Made by a program: the position numbers and the translations under genes. This document shows positions 26,802 through 37,161 of a stretch of DNA of 64,000 bases, in pieces. The DNA is from Chloroflexota bacterium. Lineage in GTDB: Bacteria; Chloroflexota; Dehalococcoidia; UBA2979. The stretch covers positions 7,993 to 71,992 of the forward strand of contig CANMOP010000009.1 in NCBI GenBank assembly GCA_947499615.1, written 5' to 3'. The notes under the pieces were generated by a model that was not told the DNA's origin, made no database searches, and saw only the letters and a list, made by a program, of their open reading frames with translations. Numbering within the stretch: position 1 is the stretch's first letter; every line of letters starts with the position of its first letter.

Positions 26802-28562
26802 GTGGCGGAGTCTCGACCAGACCATCTGACTCTGCGACACCGGGCGCTAGCGGTTGGCTTCGCGCTGGCCATGCTCGGGCTGACTTGGCGGCTGGTCAGC
26901 ATTCAGATCATCGACCACCAGGAATACGCCGAGATTGCCACCGCCATGCACCTGGGCCCGGGCACCGCCAGCATTGCCGCACCGCGCGGCGCAATTCTCG
27001 ATGCCACCGGCTTCCCGCTCGCAACGTCCGTCGACACGTGGGACGTGTACATCGACACGTACCTGTGGAAGGAAACCACGAAGGCGCAGCAGGCAGCGGG
27101 CGAGCTCGCGCCGTCGCTCGGCATGAACCAGCGCGCAGTGTTCGCACTGGGGACGGCACAGCAACAGGGCGATCTCATCGTGCGTCGCCAGTTGCCGTAC
27201 GACCTGGGCGTGCAACTCCGACAGCGCGATCTCTGGGGCGTACGGTTGCTCCCGTCGTCCCGCCGCATCTACCCGGAGCGAGACCTCGGCGGGCCGGTCA
27301 TCGGCTACGTGGGGTTGGACGGCAAAGGGTTGTGGGGCGCCGAGGCTGACTTTGAATCGATTCTGAGCGGCAAGCCCGGACTGCTGGCAAGCGAGCGCGA
27401 TGGCCTCGGCCGCCCGATCTCCTTCGGTGGGCGCACCGAGACGGCGCCGATCCCGGGCGGCGAGGTGCAACTGACGATCGACCGTTTCATCCAGGGCATC
27501 GCGGAGCGCCGCCTCACAGAGGCGGTGGAGCAGTACCACGCCACCAGCGGCTCGATTCTCGTGATGGATCCCAACACCGGCGCCGTGCTCGCGATGGCCT
27601 CCGCGCCTTCGGTGGGCCCTGCCACCGTGAACCTGAACGACCCGAAGCTCGCCGATCGTGTCCGAGATCGTGTAATCACCGACCTGTATGAACCGGGCTC
27701 CGTCTTCAAGACGCTGACCACCGCCATCGCCATCGACAGCGGCAAGGTGACCCCGGAGTCGACGTACGTCGACACCGGCCGTGTCGTCGTCGGCACGTAT
27801 CCGATCACGAACTGGGACTTCTCCGCGAACGGGCGGACAACGGTGCGGCAGTACCTGCAGAAGTCGCTGAACACCGGCTCGGTCTGGCTGGCGCAATCCG
27901 TCGGCGCGAAGGACTTCTACCGCTACCTGAATGCGTTCGGCCTGCGCGAGCAGACGCACATCGGACTCGCAGGCGAGGCGGAAGGGCTGATGCGCCTGCC
28001 CAGCGATCCGAACTGGTACCCCGTCGACCTCGCGACGAACTCGTACGGTCAGGGGCTGGCGGTCACGCCGCTGCAGATGCTGACCGCCGTCAATGTCTTC
28101 GCGAACGGCGGACGGCTCATGCGGCCGTACGTGGTCTCTCGCATCGTCACCGGCGAGCAGGTGCGCACGTTCCAGCCGGTGGAAGTACGTCGCCCGGTCT
28201 CCGCACAGACCGCGAACACCGTCGGCGCGCTGATGCACGATGTCGTCGACAACGTGGAGTTGCACGGCGCGCAGACGAAGGGGTACGAGGTCGCCGGCAA
28301 GACCGGCACCACGCTGGTTTCCATCCCCACCGGCTACGACCTGGACTCGACCATTGCGTCGTTCGCAGGGTTCATCCCGTACCAGCACCCACGCGTCTCT
28401 GTGCTCGTGAAGATCGACCAGCCGACCGGCGGATTGAACCTCGGCGGTCAGGTGGCGGCTCCGGTCTTCGCGAAGGTCGCTGCCGATGTCATGCACTACT
28501 ACGGCATCGCACCAGCGATCCCGGTCACGCCGGTGGGAGCGGCGCAGGCCGCGGCGCGATGA
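26802..28562 (+). CDS. ftsI: Peptidoglycan D,D-transpeptidase FtsI (class B penicillin-binding protein)
   Basis: PBP dimerisation and transpeptidase regions are present (YEPGSVFKT = SxxK, SLNTG = SxN, KTGT). The GTG at 26802 is preceded by AGGGAG. The longer ORF starting at 26694 overlaps ftsL. Confidence 0.9.
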   Translation: MAESRPDHLTLRHRALAVGFALAMLGLTWRLVSIQIIDHQEYAEIATAMHLGPGTASIAAPRGAILDATGFPLATSVDTWDVYIDTYLWKETTKAQQAAGELAPSLGMNQRAVFALGTAQQQGDLIVRRQLPYDLGVQLRQRDLWGVRLLPSSRRIYPERDLGGPVIGYVGLDGKGLWGAEADFESILSGKPGLLASERDGLGRPISFGGRTETAPIPGGEVQLTIDRFIQGIAERRLTEAVEQYHATSGSILVMDPNTGAVLAMASAPSVGPATVNLNDPKLADRVRDRVITDLYEPGSVFKTLTTAIAIDSGKVTPESTYVDTGRVVVGTYPITNWDFSANGRTTVRQYLQKSLNTGSVWLAQSVGAKDFYRYLNAFGLREQTHIGLAGEAEGLMRLPSDPNWYPVDLATNSYGQGLAVTPLQMLTAVNVFANGGRLMRPYVVSRIVTGEQVRTFQPVEVRRPVSAQTANTVGALMHDVVDNVELHGAQTKGYEVAGKTGTTLVSIPTGYDLDSTIASFAGFIPYQHPRVSVLVKIDQPTGGLNLGGQVAAPVFAKVAADVMHYYGIAPAIPVTPVGAAQAAAR

Positions 28563-29974
28563 GTACGGCAGCCGTACTGGACACCTCCTTCGTACGCACC
28601 GCGCTCGGTGATGCCCTACTGCACTCGAGCGGCCCGCAGACGACGTTCACGCGCGCGGTCATCGACTCTCGACGCGCAGGGCCCGGCGACCTCTTCGTCG
28701 CGCTGCCGGGAGAACGCACGGACGGCCATGACTTCGCGGCGGACGCGGTGGCGCGTGGCGCGAGCGGCGTGCTGCTCACGCACGAGGTGACAGGCATTGG
28801 CGACAACACCGCGTGCTTCCTTGTCCCTGATGCGCTGACGGCGTTGCAAACGCTCGCGACCGCGTGGCGCGACGCGCTTCCGCACCTCGACGTGGTGGGC
28901 GTCACGGGGAACGTCGGCAAGTCCACCACGAAGTTGATCGCCGCCGCCCTGCTCGCGCCGCGCTACCGCGTGCAGGTCAACGAGGCGAACTACAACAACG
29001 AGATCGGCGTCCCGCTCTGCCTGCTGGAACTGCGGCCCGAGACCGAACGCGCGGTGATCGAGATGGGGATGTACACCACCGGTGAAATCGCGTTGCTGTG
29101 CCGCTGGACGCACCCGCGCATCGGCATCGTGCTCAACGTCGGCCCGGTGCATCTCGAACGCGCGGGCTCGCTCGATGTGATCGCGCGCGCCAAGCGGGAG
29201 CTGCCGGAATCGCTGCCCGCCGACGGCCACGCGGTGCTGAACGCGGACGACGCCGTGGTGCGTGCGATGGCCTCGCACACTCGCGCGCGCGTCTGGCTGT
29301 GCGGCACCGCGGAAGACGCCGACGTGCGCGGCACCGACCTCGACCGTCATGCCGCGAACGGGTTCGCGTTCACGCTGCGCTACCAGACGCACGCGCGCCG
29401 CGTGCACGTTCCGCTGCCGGGCGCCCATCTGCTTTCCAACGTGCTGGCGGCCGCCGCCGCTGCGCTCGCGGACGACGTGCCGTTCGAGGCCGTCTGCGAT
29501 GCCATCGAACAACTCGAGGTACCGACACGCCTCGCCATCCACACGTTGCCGGGCGGCGTCACGCTGCTGGACGACACCTACAACGCCAGCCCGCTGGCCA
29601 CCATCGCGGCGCTGGACCTGCTGGCGGAAACACCTGGCCGACGCATCGCGCTCCTCGGCGACATGCTGGAACTCGGCGACCTTGCGCCCAGCGAGCATGC
29701 GCGTGTCGGTCGGTATGCCGCGGGAATCGTCGACGCCCTCTACACCGTCGGCGAACTCGGTCGGCTGTTGTCGGATGCCGCGCGCGCGGACGGCCTGGCG
29801 AACACAACCCACTGCACGACGAAGGACGCGGCGATCGATGCCCTGCGCGCAACGCTGCGTCCCGGCGACGTGCTGCTGGTGAAGGCATCGCGCGGGCTGG
29901 CGCTGGAGACAGTGGTACAGGCGTTGCGTGCGGACGCCGCCGGAACCGGCGCGGCGGGAGGCACAGACCGATGA
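28559..29974 (+). CDS. murF: UDP-N-acetylmuramoyl-tripeptide--D-alanyl-D-alanine ligase MurF
   Basis: 471-aa ORF containing DSRRAGPGDLFVALPGERTDGHDF, GVTGNVGKSTTK and the MurF-typical NYNNEIGVPLCLL. Confidence 0.93.
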   Translation: MSTAAVLDTSFVRTALGDALLHSSGPQTTFTRAVIDSRRAGPGDLFVALPGERTDGHDFAADAVARGASGVLLTHEVTGIGDNTACFLVPDALTALQTLATAWRDALPHLDVVGVTGNVGKSTTKLIAAALLAPRYRVQVNEANYNNEIGVPLCLLELRPETERAVIEMGMYTTGEIALLCRWTHPRIGIVLNVGPVHLERAGSLDVIARAKRELPESLPADGHAVLNADDAVVRAMASHTRARVWLCGTAEDADVRGTDLDRHAANGFAFTLRYQTHARRVHVPLPGAHLLSNVLAAAAAALADDVPFEAVCDAIEQLEVPTRLAIHTLPGGVTLLDDTYNASPLATIAALDLLAETPGRRIALLGDMLELGDLAPSEHARVGRYAAGIVDALYTVGELGRLLSDAARADGLANTTHCTTKDAAIDALRATLRPGDVLLVKASRGLALETVVQALRADAAGTGAAGGTDR

Positions 29975-30930
29975 CGTACGCCCTGCTCTGCGGCGGCTTC
30001 GCATTCCTGATCGCGCTGCTCGCGGGCCGGCCGGTGGTCGCAAAGTTGCGATCGCTCAAGCTCGGCAAGGCAATCTCCGAGGAAGGTCCGTCCACCCACC
30101 AGACCAAGTCCGGCACGCCGACGATGGGTGGCCTGCTCATCTTCGGCGCGGTAGCCATCGTCACTGCGTTCACCAACCCGCTGCAGCACCGCAGCATCCT
30201 GCTGCCGTTCGGCGTGGTGCTGGCAACCCTGCTCATCGGCGCGGTCGATGACCTGGGCACACTGGTCGGTCAGCGGCGGACCGGGTTGAGTTGGCGGCTG
30301 AAGTTCGGACTGATCGCGCTGCTCGCCGTGGGCGTGGCGCTGGTGCTGTACTTCGAACTGGATGCGCACAGCGTGAACATCCCGTGGTTGGGCAAGTTCG
30401 ACATCGGCTACGCGTACATCCCGATCGCGGTCCTGACGATCTTCCTCACCACAAGCGCCGTGGCCGTGACCGATGGGCTGGACGGCTTGCTGGGTGGAAC
30501 GGCGGCCGTGGCGTTCGCCGCGTATGCGGTCATCGCGTTCCTGCAGGAGCAGGCGTTCCTCGCGACGTTCTCGTTCACGGTGGTGGGCGCGCTGCTCGGG
30601 TTCCTCTGGTACAACGCGCACCCGGCCAGCGTCTTCATGGGCGACGCCGGCGCGCTGCCCCTCGGCGCCTCGCTGGCGACGGTGGCGCTGATGACCGGGC
30701 ACTGGCTGCTGCTGCCGATCATCGGGCTGGTCTTCGTCGCCGAGGCTGCCTCGACAGTGATTCAGATCGCCTACTTCCAGACCACCGGCGGCGGACGACT
30801 CTTCCGGATGACGCCGCTTCATCACCACTTCGAGCTGATCGGATGGAGCGAGCCTCAGGTGGTCATGCGGTTCTGGCTGTTCGGTATCGCCGGGGCGATG
30901 GTCGGCGTCGCGCTGGCGCTTGCGGTGTGA
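29971..30930 (+). CDS. mraY: Phospho-N-acetylmuramoyl-pentapeptide-transferase MraY
   Basis: An internal ATG at 29971 overlaps the murF stop as ATGA. Motifs present: HQTKSGTPTMGG, DDL, VTDGLDGL and MGDAGALPLG. Confidence 0.97.
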   Translation: MTYALLCGGFAFLIALLAGRPVVAKLRSLKLGKAISEEGPSTHQTKSGTPTMGGLLIFGAVAIVTAFTNPLQHRSILLPFGVVLATLLIGAVDDLGTLVGQRRTGLSWRLKFGLIALLAVGVALVLYFELDAHSVNIPWLGKFDIGYAYIPIAVLTIFLTTSAVAVTDGLDGLLGGTAAVAFAAYAVIAFLQEQAFLATFSFTVVGALLGFLWYNAHPASVFMGDAGALPLGASLATVALMTGHWLLLPIIGLVFVAEAASTVIQIAYFQTTGGGRLFRMTPLHHHFELIGWSEPQVVMRFWLFGIAGAMVGVALALAV

Positions 30931-30961
30931 ACACCCTGTGGGTAACAATGGCGCATCTGCT

Positions 30962-32356
30962 ATGGCACATTCACCGAACTTCGAGGGGGCACGGGTGACG
31001 GTGGTCGGCCTCGGCATCGAAGGAGTCGACCTCGTGCGCTTCCTCACGTCCCGAGGGGCCACGGTCACGGTGTCCGACGCACGCACGCCTGAGGCGCTCG
31101 CAGTCCCCCTCGCCGCCATCGCGGACACTGGCGCGAAGCTCTCGCTGGGCGCGAATCGGCCTGAGGACACCACCGGCGCCGACTTGGTTTTCGCCTCTCA
31201 GGGCGTGCCGCGCACGCTGCCGGCGCTGGTCGCAGCCCGCGAAGCAGGCGTCCCGATCTCCTCGATGACTGCGCTTTTCCTTCAGAGCTGCCCGGCGCCG
31301 GTCGCGGCAGTCACCGGCTCGTCCGGCAAGACCACCACCACCGCCCTCGTGGGGGCGATGCTGGAGGCGGCGGGGGTGGACTTCGTCGTCGGCGGGAACA
31401 TCGGCGTAGGGCTGCTGGGGCTGCTGGATCGCATCACGCCACAGACCACGGTGATGTTGGAGCTCTCGCACACGCAGTTGGAGTCGGTGGATCGCAGCCC
31501 ACATGTGGCGTGCATCACGAACGTCACGCCGAACCACCTGGACCAGTTCTCGTGGGATGAGTATGTGGCGCTGAAGCGCCGCATTTTCCAATTCCAGACC
31601 GCCGATGACATCGCCATCTTCAATCTGGACAACCCGGTCACCGCTGGATTCAGCGGCGAGGCCCCGGGACGGGTGTTGCAGACGTCGATGCTGCACGCCC
31701 TGCCGGGCGACGGCGTGGCGCTCTCAGGCGACGCGATCGTCCGCCGCGAGCACGGCACGCAGACGACGGTGCTGCAGCGCGATGACATCCGGCTGCGCGG
31801 CAGTCACAACGTCGAAAACGTGCTCTCCGCCGTCGCCATCGCCTCGCAACTGGGCGTGAGCGACCAGGCAGCGCGCTCCGCCGTGCGCGCCTTCACCGGC
31901 GTTCCGCACCGCCTGGAGACCGTCGACACGGTCGGCGGAGTCACTTATGTCAACGACTCAATCGCAACCAGCCCGGAGCGAACACTCGCCGGGATACGAT
32001 CGTACTCGGAGCCGCTGGTGCTGCTGCTCGGTGGGCGGCACAAGGCGTTGCCGCTCGACGATCTCGCGCGCGAGGCAGTCGCGCGGGCGCGCGCCGTCAT
32101 CGCGTTCGGCGAGGCGGGCGAACTGTTCGCCACCGCTGTGCGCGCGGCACGGAGTGGCGAGCACCCGCCCGTCGAGCTGGTCGGCTCCGTGGAAGACGCC
32201 GTGCGTGCTGCCTCGCGATACGCGCAGGCCGGCGACGTGGTGCTCTTCTCCCCCGCCGGCTCGTCCTTCGACGCCTACCCGAACTTCGAGCGCCGAGGCA
32301 GCGCGTTCCGTGACGCGGTCGCGTCGCTGCGTGGCAACGCACGAGGTGCCCGCTGA
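30962..32356 (+). CDS. murD: UDP-N-acetylmuramoylalanine--D-glutamate ligase MurD
   Basis: Rossmann-type N-terminus (VTVVGLGIEGVDLVRFL) and the ligase P-loop VTGSSGKTTTT. The start is taken at the ATG at 30962. The ORF track start at 30920 overlaps the end of mraY. Confidence 0.93.
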   Translation: MAHSPNFEGARVTVVGLGIEGVDLVRFLTSRGATVTVSDARTPEALAVPLAAIADTGAKLSLGANRPEDTTGADLVFASQGVPRTLPALVAAREAGVPISSMTALFLQSCPAPVAAVTGSSGKTTTTALVGAMLEAAGVDFVVGGNIGVGLLGLLDRITPQTTVMLELSHTQLESVDRSPHVACITNVTPNHLDQFSWDEYVALKRRIFQFQTADDIAIFNLDNPVTAGFSGEAPGRVLQTSMLHALPGDGVALSGDAIVRREHGTQTTVLQRDDIRLRGSHNVENVLSAVAIASQLGVSDQAARSAVRAFTGVPHRLETVDTVGGVTYVNDSIATSPERTLAGIRSYSEPLVLLLGGRHKALPLDDLAREAVARARAVIAFGEAGELFATAVRAARSGEHPPVELVGSVEDAVRAASRYAQAGDVVLFSPAGSSFDAYPNFERRGSAFRDAVASLRGNARGAR

Positions 32357-33573
32357 TGGCCCGCACCACACCTCGACCCGACTCGTTCCGCATGCGTGCG
32401 CACGGACCGGACTACGGCCTGCTGGCGATCGTCGCCGCTCTCGGGATCATCGGACTGATCACGGTGTACTCATCCTCGTACGCGCTGGGATACGCGCAGT
32501 TCCAGGACGCGAACTACTTCGTGAAGCGGCAGGCGGTCTTCCTCGTCATCGGGTTCGGCGTCCTGATCATCGCGATGATGACGGACTACCGGTTACTGAT
32601 GCGGACAAGTCCGCTGCTGATGCTCATGGCGCTGATCGGACTGACGGCGGTGCTGATTCCCGGCATCGGCATGACGCAGAACGGCGCTCATCGCTGGATC
32701 GCCCTCGGGCCGCTGCCAGCGCTGCAGCCGAGCGAGTTCGCGAAGTTGGCGGTGCTGATTTACATGGCCGCATGGCTGACAGCCAAAGGCGATCAGGTGC
32801 AGGACGTCTCGCTGGGAGTGATGCCGTTTGTGACAATGGTGGGTCTCATTGGCGCGCTGATCATGCTGGAGCCCGATATGGGCACCGCGGTGATCGTGGC
32901 GGCGATCACCGGAACGCTCTTCTTCGTCTCCGGCGCGAAGTGGACGCACCTCGGTGCCGTCGTCGGCAGCGGGTTGCTCCTCGGCGCCATCCTGATCATG
33001 AGCAGCGGCTATCGGGCGAGCCGCATCCTCTCGTTCACCTCTGCCGAGGATCACGCAGACGGAGTCGGTTTCCACACGCTGCAATTGATAGTCGCCTTCG
33101 GCTCAGGCGGGATCTTTGGTCGCGGGCTTGGCGTGTCCCGACAGAAGTTCTTCTACATCCCCGGCTCACATACAGATGGCGCACTCGCGATCATCGGTGA
33201 GGAGCTGGGGTTCATCGGCGTCATGCTGGTGCTCGCGCTGTTCACCTACCTGCTCTGGCGCGGACTGAAGATCGTGCAGCGCGCCCCCGACCAGTTCGGG
33301 TCGCTGTTGGCGATGGGCGCGCTGTCGTGGATCGCGTTCCAGTTCGTCATCAACGTCGGCGGCGTCACTCGCGCGATCCCGCTCACGGGCATTCCGCTGC
33401 CATTCCTGTCCTACGGTGGCTCCGCGCTCATCGCCACATTGGCCGCCATGGGCGTGCTGCTGTCTGTCTCGCGCTACTCCGCAATCGTCGACCCCGAACG
33501 CGAGGCGCCGACCCGTGGAGTGCTGCGATCGATCGGCCTTGGTTCGGCCGGCGCGATGGGCAGGGCGCAATGA
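32356..33573 (+). CDS. ftsW: Peptidoglycan glycosyltransferase FtsW (SEDS family)
   Basis: 405-aa multi-TM ORF with SEDS motifs (RWIALGPLPALQPSEFAKL, PLPFLSYGGSAL). It sits in the dcw position between murD and murG. Confidence 0.93.
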   Translation: MARTTPRPDSFRMRAHGPDYGLLAIVAALGIIGLITVYSSSYALGYAQFQDANYFVKRQAVFLVIGFGVLIIAMMTDYRLLMRTSPLLMLMALIGLTAVLIPGIGMTQNGAHRWIALGPLPALQPSEFAKLAVLIYMAAWLTAKGDQVQDVSLGVMPFVTMVGLIGALIMLEPDMGTAVIVAAITGTLFFVSGAKWTHLGAVVGSGLLLGAILIMSSGYRASRILSFTSAEDHADGVGFHTLQLIVAFGSGGIFGRGLGVSRQKFFYIPGSHTDGALAIIGEELGFIGVMLVLALFTYLLWRGLKIVQRAPDQFGSLLAMGALSWIAFQFVINVGGVTRAIPLTGIPLPFLSYGGSALIATLAAMGVLLSVSRYSAIVDPEREAPTRGVLRSIGLGSAGAMGRAQ

Positions 33574-34643
33574 AGTTCGCGCTGGCAGGCGGCGGAACCG
33601 GCGGACACGCCTACCCCTCGATCACCGTGGGTGAGGAGCTCCGCGACCGTGCGAATGCCGAGGTCGTGTACTACGGCAGCGAGCATGGTCCGGAACGTGC
33701 GCTCGCCACCGCCGCCGGCTTTGCCTACCGCGCCATTCCCGCCTCGCAAGTGCGAGGTGGACCCGGCCGTATGCTGCTCGGCGGATTGAACCTGCTGCGC
33801 GGGCGACTGGCGGCGCAACGGGCGCTGGCCGCCGACCGTCCTGCCGCGCTCTTCGCGACGGGTGGATACGCTGCAGCGCCCGTTGGTTGGGCCGCACCAG
33901 CGGTGGGTGTCCCGCTGCTGGTGTTCCTGCCGGACGTGCGGCCAGGTTGGGCGGTGCGGTTCCTCGCACGCTACGCAACTCGCGTGGCGTGCTCCGTCGA
34001 CGCGTCGATCGCCGCGTTGCCCGCATCGCGCACCGTGGTCACCGGCTACCCCGTACGTCGCCAATTCACCGAGGCAACGCGCGCCGACGGTGTCGCGCGC
34101 TTCGGGTTGCAGCCGCTGCTGCCGACGCTGTTGGTGACCGGCGGTTCGCTGGGCGCGCACCGCTTGAATGTCGCGCTCGCGGCCGGGTTGCCGCGGTTGT
34201 TGGAGCACGCACAAGTGCTGCACGTCAGCGGCCGTGACGAGGAGCCGTGGCTCCAGGCAGAGCGCGAGCGACTTCCCGCATCGCTGCAAGAGCGCTACCA
34301 CCTGCACGGCTACACCGAGGAGATGGCGAGCGCGATGGCCGCCTCCGACCTCGCCATCACGCGCGCGGGCGCATCGACGCTTGGCGAGCTGCCGATGAGC
34401 GGGCTGCCGGCGATCGTGATCCCGGGCGACTTTTCGGATCAGCACGCCAACGCGGACTACCTGGCATCACGCGGGGCGGCGATCGTGCTGCGCGGCGACG
34501 AGCTGCATCGGCTGGAGGGCGAGGCGCTGCGACTGCTCGCCGACGCTCCTGCGCGCGCGGCGATGGTGACGGCGATGCGTGCACTCGCGCGGCCCGACGC
34601 AGCAGCCCACCTGGCGACGATCATGCAGGAGATCGCAGCATGA
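33570..34643 (+). CDS. murG: Undecaprenyldiphospho-muramoylpentapeptide beta-N-acetylglucosaminyltransferase MurG
   Basis: The ATG at 33570 overlaps the ftsW stop. The N-terminus is MKFALAGGGTGGHAYP, and the C-terminal region contains ITRAGASTLGEL. Confidence 0.95.
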   Translation: MKFALAGGGTGGHAYPSITVGEELRDRANAEVVYYGSEHGPERALATAAGFAYRAIPASQVRGGPGRMLLGGLNLLRGRLAAQRALAADRPAALFATGGYAAAPVGWAAPAVGVPLLVFLPDVRPGWAVRFLARYATRVACSVDASIAALPASRTVVTGYPVRRQFTEATRADGVARFGLQPLLPTLLVTGGSLGAHRLNVALAAGLPRLLEHAQVLHVSGRDEEPWLQAERERLPASLQERYHLHGYTEEMASAMAASDLAITRAGASTLGELPMSGLPAIVIPGDFSDQHANADYLASRGAAIVLRGDELHRLEGEALRLLADAPARAAMVTAMRALARPDAAAHLATIMQEIAA

Positions 34644-36064
34644 TGGTGCGACTGCGATCCCGTGCGCCTCGCGATGAGAACGCGATCCCACAGCGCGTGC
34701 ACCTGATTGGTGCAGGCGGCATGCACATGTCCGCCATCGGCGAGATCTTGCTGGCACGCGGGCACGTCATCACCGGCTCCGACCAGGTGGAGTCGGAGCA
34801 CACTCGCCGGCTACAGGGGTTGGGCGCGACGATCTACCTCGGTCACGCTGCCGCCAACCTCGGGCGCGCGCAGCTCGTCGTGACTACCGTGGCGGCGCGT
34901 GAGGACAATGCGGAGCTGCGTGCCGCACGCGAACGCGGCGTCCCGGTGCTGATCCGCGCCGAGATGGTGCAGCGACTGATCGCCGATCGCGATGTGCTGG
35001 CCGTCGCCGGCACACACGGCAAGACCACCACCACCACCCTGCTGGCGCTGATGGCCGTGCGCGGCGGGCTGGACCCGCTGGTGCTCTCCGGCGGTGACTC
35101 GCGTGACCTCGGCAGCAACGCGCGCGAGGGTGCGGGCCGATTCGCGATCGTGGAGGCAGACGAATACGCGGAAGCGTTCCTGCAGTACGAGCCGCAGACC
35201 GCGATGATCACGAACATCGAGGCAGACCACCTCGACTATTACGGCACGGAGGAGCGCCTAGTCGGTGCGTTCCGCGCGTTTGCCGAGCGCGTGCGCCCGG
35301 ATGGCCTGCTGCTCGTCTGCGCCGATTCACCGCAGGCACAGGTGATCGCGCAGGAACGCGCACGCGCCGGCGCACGTGTCGAGCGGTACGGCGTGGACAC
35401 GGACGCGGAATGGCGTGCGGTGCAACTGCGCGGGAACGACCGCGGCGGCCTTGATTGCGTCGTCACCCTCGAGGGTGCGGAACTCGGCAAGCTCTCGTTG
35501 CAACTGCCCGGACGGCACAACATCGCGAACGCGCTGGGCGCGCTGGCGGTGGCGATGCGTGCCGGCGTCGACTTCCGTCGCGCGACGCTCGCCGCCGCGG
35601 AATGCACAGGCGCGCGCCGTCGCTTCGAACACGTTGCGGATGTTGATGGCATCACGCTGATGGACGACTACGCGCACCACCCGACGGAGGTGCGTGCGAC
35701 CCTGCTGGCTGCGCGCCAGCGCTTCCCCGGACGTCGGCTCGTGGTCTGCTTCCAACCGCACACGTACTCGCGTACGCGCTACCTGCTGGAGGGTTTCCGC
35801 ACCTGCTTCGAGGCGGCCGACGCGCTGTACATGCTGGGCACGTACGCCGCGCGCGAGGAGTCGGACGCAGGGATGGACGCACGCGCGCTCGCGACCGAGA
35901 TCACGCGGCCGTCGGCACAGTACATGGATGCGGAAACGTTCGAGGTGGTCGCCGACCGCATCGCCGCGGATCTGCAGTCCGGCGACGTCTGCTTCACCAT
36001 CGGCGCGGGTGACATCGATCGCCTCGGCCCCTTGCTGCGCACCCGACTGGAGGCGCGAGCATGA
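34640..36064 (+). CDS. murC: UDP-N-acetylmuramate--L-alanine ligase MurC
   Basis: The ATG at 34640 overlaps the murG stop as ATGA. Motifs present: VHLIGAGGMHMSAIGEIL, VAGTHGKTTTT and DDYAHHPTE. Confidence 0.95.
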   Translation: MMVRLRSRAPRDENAIPQRVHLIGAGGMHMSAIGEILLARGHVITGSDQVESEHTRRLQGLGATIYLGHAAANLGRAQLVVTTVAAREDNAELRAARERGVPVLIRAEMVQRLIADRDVLAVAGTHGKTTTTTLLALMAVRGGLDPLVLSGGDSRDLGSNAREGAGRFAIVEADEYAEAFLQYEPQTAMITNIEADHLDYYGTEERLVGAFRAFAERVRPDGLLLVCADSPQAQVIAQERARAGARVERYGVDTDAEWRAVQLRGNDRGGLDCVVTLEGAELGKLSLQLPGRHNIANALGALAVAMRAGVDFRRATLAAAECTGARRRFEHVADVDGITLMDDYAHHPTEVRATLLAARQRFPGRRLVVCFQPHTYSRTRYLLEGFRTCFEAADALYMLGTYAAREESDAGMDARALATEITRPSAQYMDAETFEVVADRIAADLQSGDVCFTIGAGDIDRLGPLLRTRLEARA

Positions 36065-37161
36065 GCACGCGCACGCAGCAGTTGGGCGCCCGCACGCAGC
36101 TGGCAGTGATCTGCGGCGGACGTTCCCCGGAGCACGCCGTCTCGGTGGTCTCCGCACGCTCGATCCTGCGCGAGGCGGACGCGGAGCGATTCGACGTGGT
36201 GCCCTTCGGCATCACGCGTGGCGGACGCTGGCTGACGCCCGATGAGACGCGCACACGCCTTGATCGAGTGGAGCGCGGGGAGACCGACACGCTCGGTGAC
36301 GACGAAGGCGCGGGCGTGCTCGGTGAGCCGCAGGTGCTCGCGGCGCTCGCGCAGATCGACGTCGCGTTCCCGATCGTGCACGGGCGGATGGGCGAGGACG
36401 GAACGCTGCAAGGCTTCCTGGAGACCGCGGAGATTCCGTACGTGGGCTCCGGGGTCGCCGCCAGCGCGATCGGCATGGACAAAGAGCAGATGCGCGCTGT
36501 CTTCGAGCGCGCGGGCATTCCACAACCCCGCTATCAGGTGCTCCGCGACGACGAAGCGCACGCTCCGTCCGCCGACGCACTGCGTGCGATCGAGACGAAC
36601 CTCGGCTATCCGTGCTTCGTGAAGCCCGCGAACGGCGGCTCGTCGCTCGGTATCAGCAAGGCGCACACACGCGAAGAGCTGCTCGAGGCGGTCGCGCTGG
36701 CCGCCCGCTACGACCGCAAAGTGTTGGTGGAGGCCGCTATCCAAGGCGGCGACCTACACGAGGTGGAATGCGCGATCCTCGGCAACGCGGATGCGCAGGC
36801 GTCGCCGCTCGGCGAGATCCGCCCCCACGCCGAGTTCTACTCGTACGAGGCGAAATACGCCGACGACAGCACGGAGTTGACGGTGCCGGCGGCCCTCCCT
36901 GAGGCCACCTCGCGGCTGGTGCAGGAGTACGCGCTGCAGGCGTACCGCGCCGTGGATTGCGCGGGTTTGGCGCGCGTCGACTTCTTCGTGCAGCCACCGG
37001 GCGATGTCCACATCATCGAGGTGAACACGCTCCCGGGCTTCACGCCGATCTCGATGTATCCACGCCTCTGGCAGCACGCGGGTATCTCCTACCCGGCGCT
37101 GATCACGCGCCTCGCGGAACTGGCGATCGAGCGGCACACGGAGGCAAAGCGCTATGCCTGA
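36061..37161 (+). CDS. ddl: D-alanine--D-alanine ligase
   Basis: 366-aa ORF containing VICGGRSPEHAVSV, HGRMGEDGTLQGFLE, an ATP-grasp body and EVNTLPGFT. Confidence 0.95.
   Translation: MSTRTQQLGARTQLAVICGGRSPEHAVSVVSARSILREADAERFDVVPFGITRGGRWLTPDETRTRLDRVERGETDTLGDDEGAGVLGEPQVLAALAQIDVAFPIVHGRMGEDGTLQGFLETAEIPYVGSGVAASAIGMDKEQMRAVFERAGIPQPRYQVLRDDEAHAPSADALRAIETNLGYPCFVKPANGGSSLGISKAHTREELLEAVALAARYDRKVLVEAAIQGGDLHEVECAILGNADAQASPLGEIRPHAEFYSYEAKYADDSTELTVPAALPEATSRLVQEYALQAYRAVDCAGLARVDFFVQPPGDVHIIEVNTLPGFTPISMYPRLWQHAGISYPALITRLAELAIERHTEAKRYA

Noticed and set aside
28616-30043. A 475-aa minus-strand ORF antisense to murF, and similar long antisense or overlapping ORFs (for example 753-1742, 6111-7568, 44006-45148 and 59244-60701)
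   Set aside because: All of them overlap confidently identified genes. They have Arg/Ala/Gly-heavy, motif-free translations and arise from the scarcity of stop codons in high-GC sequence.
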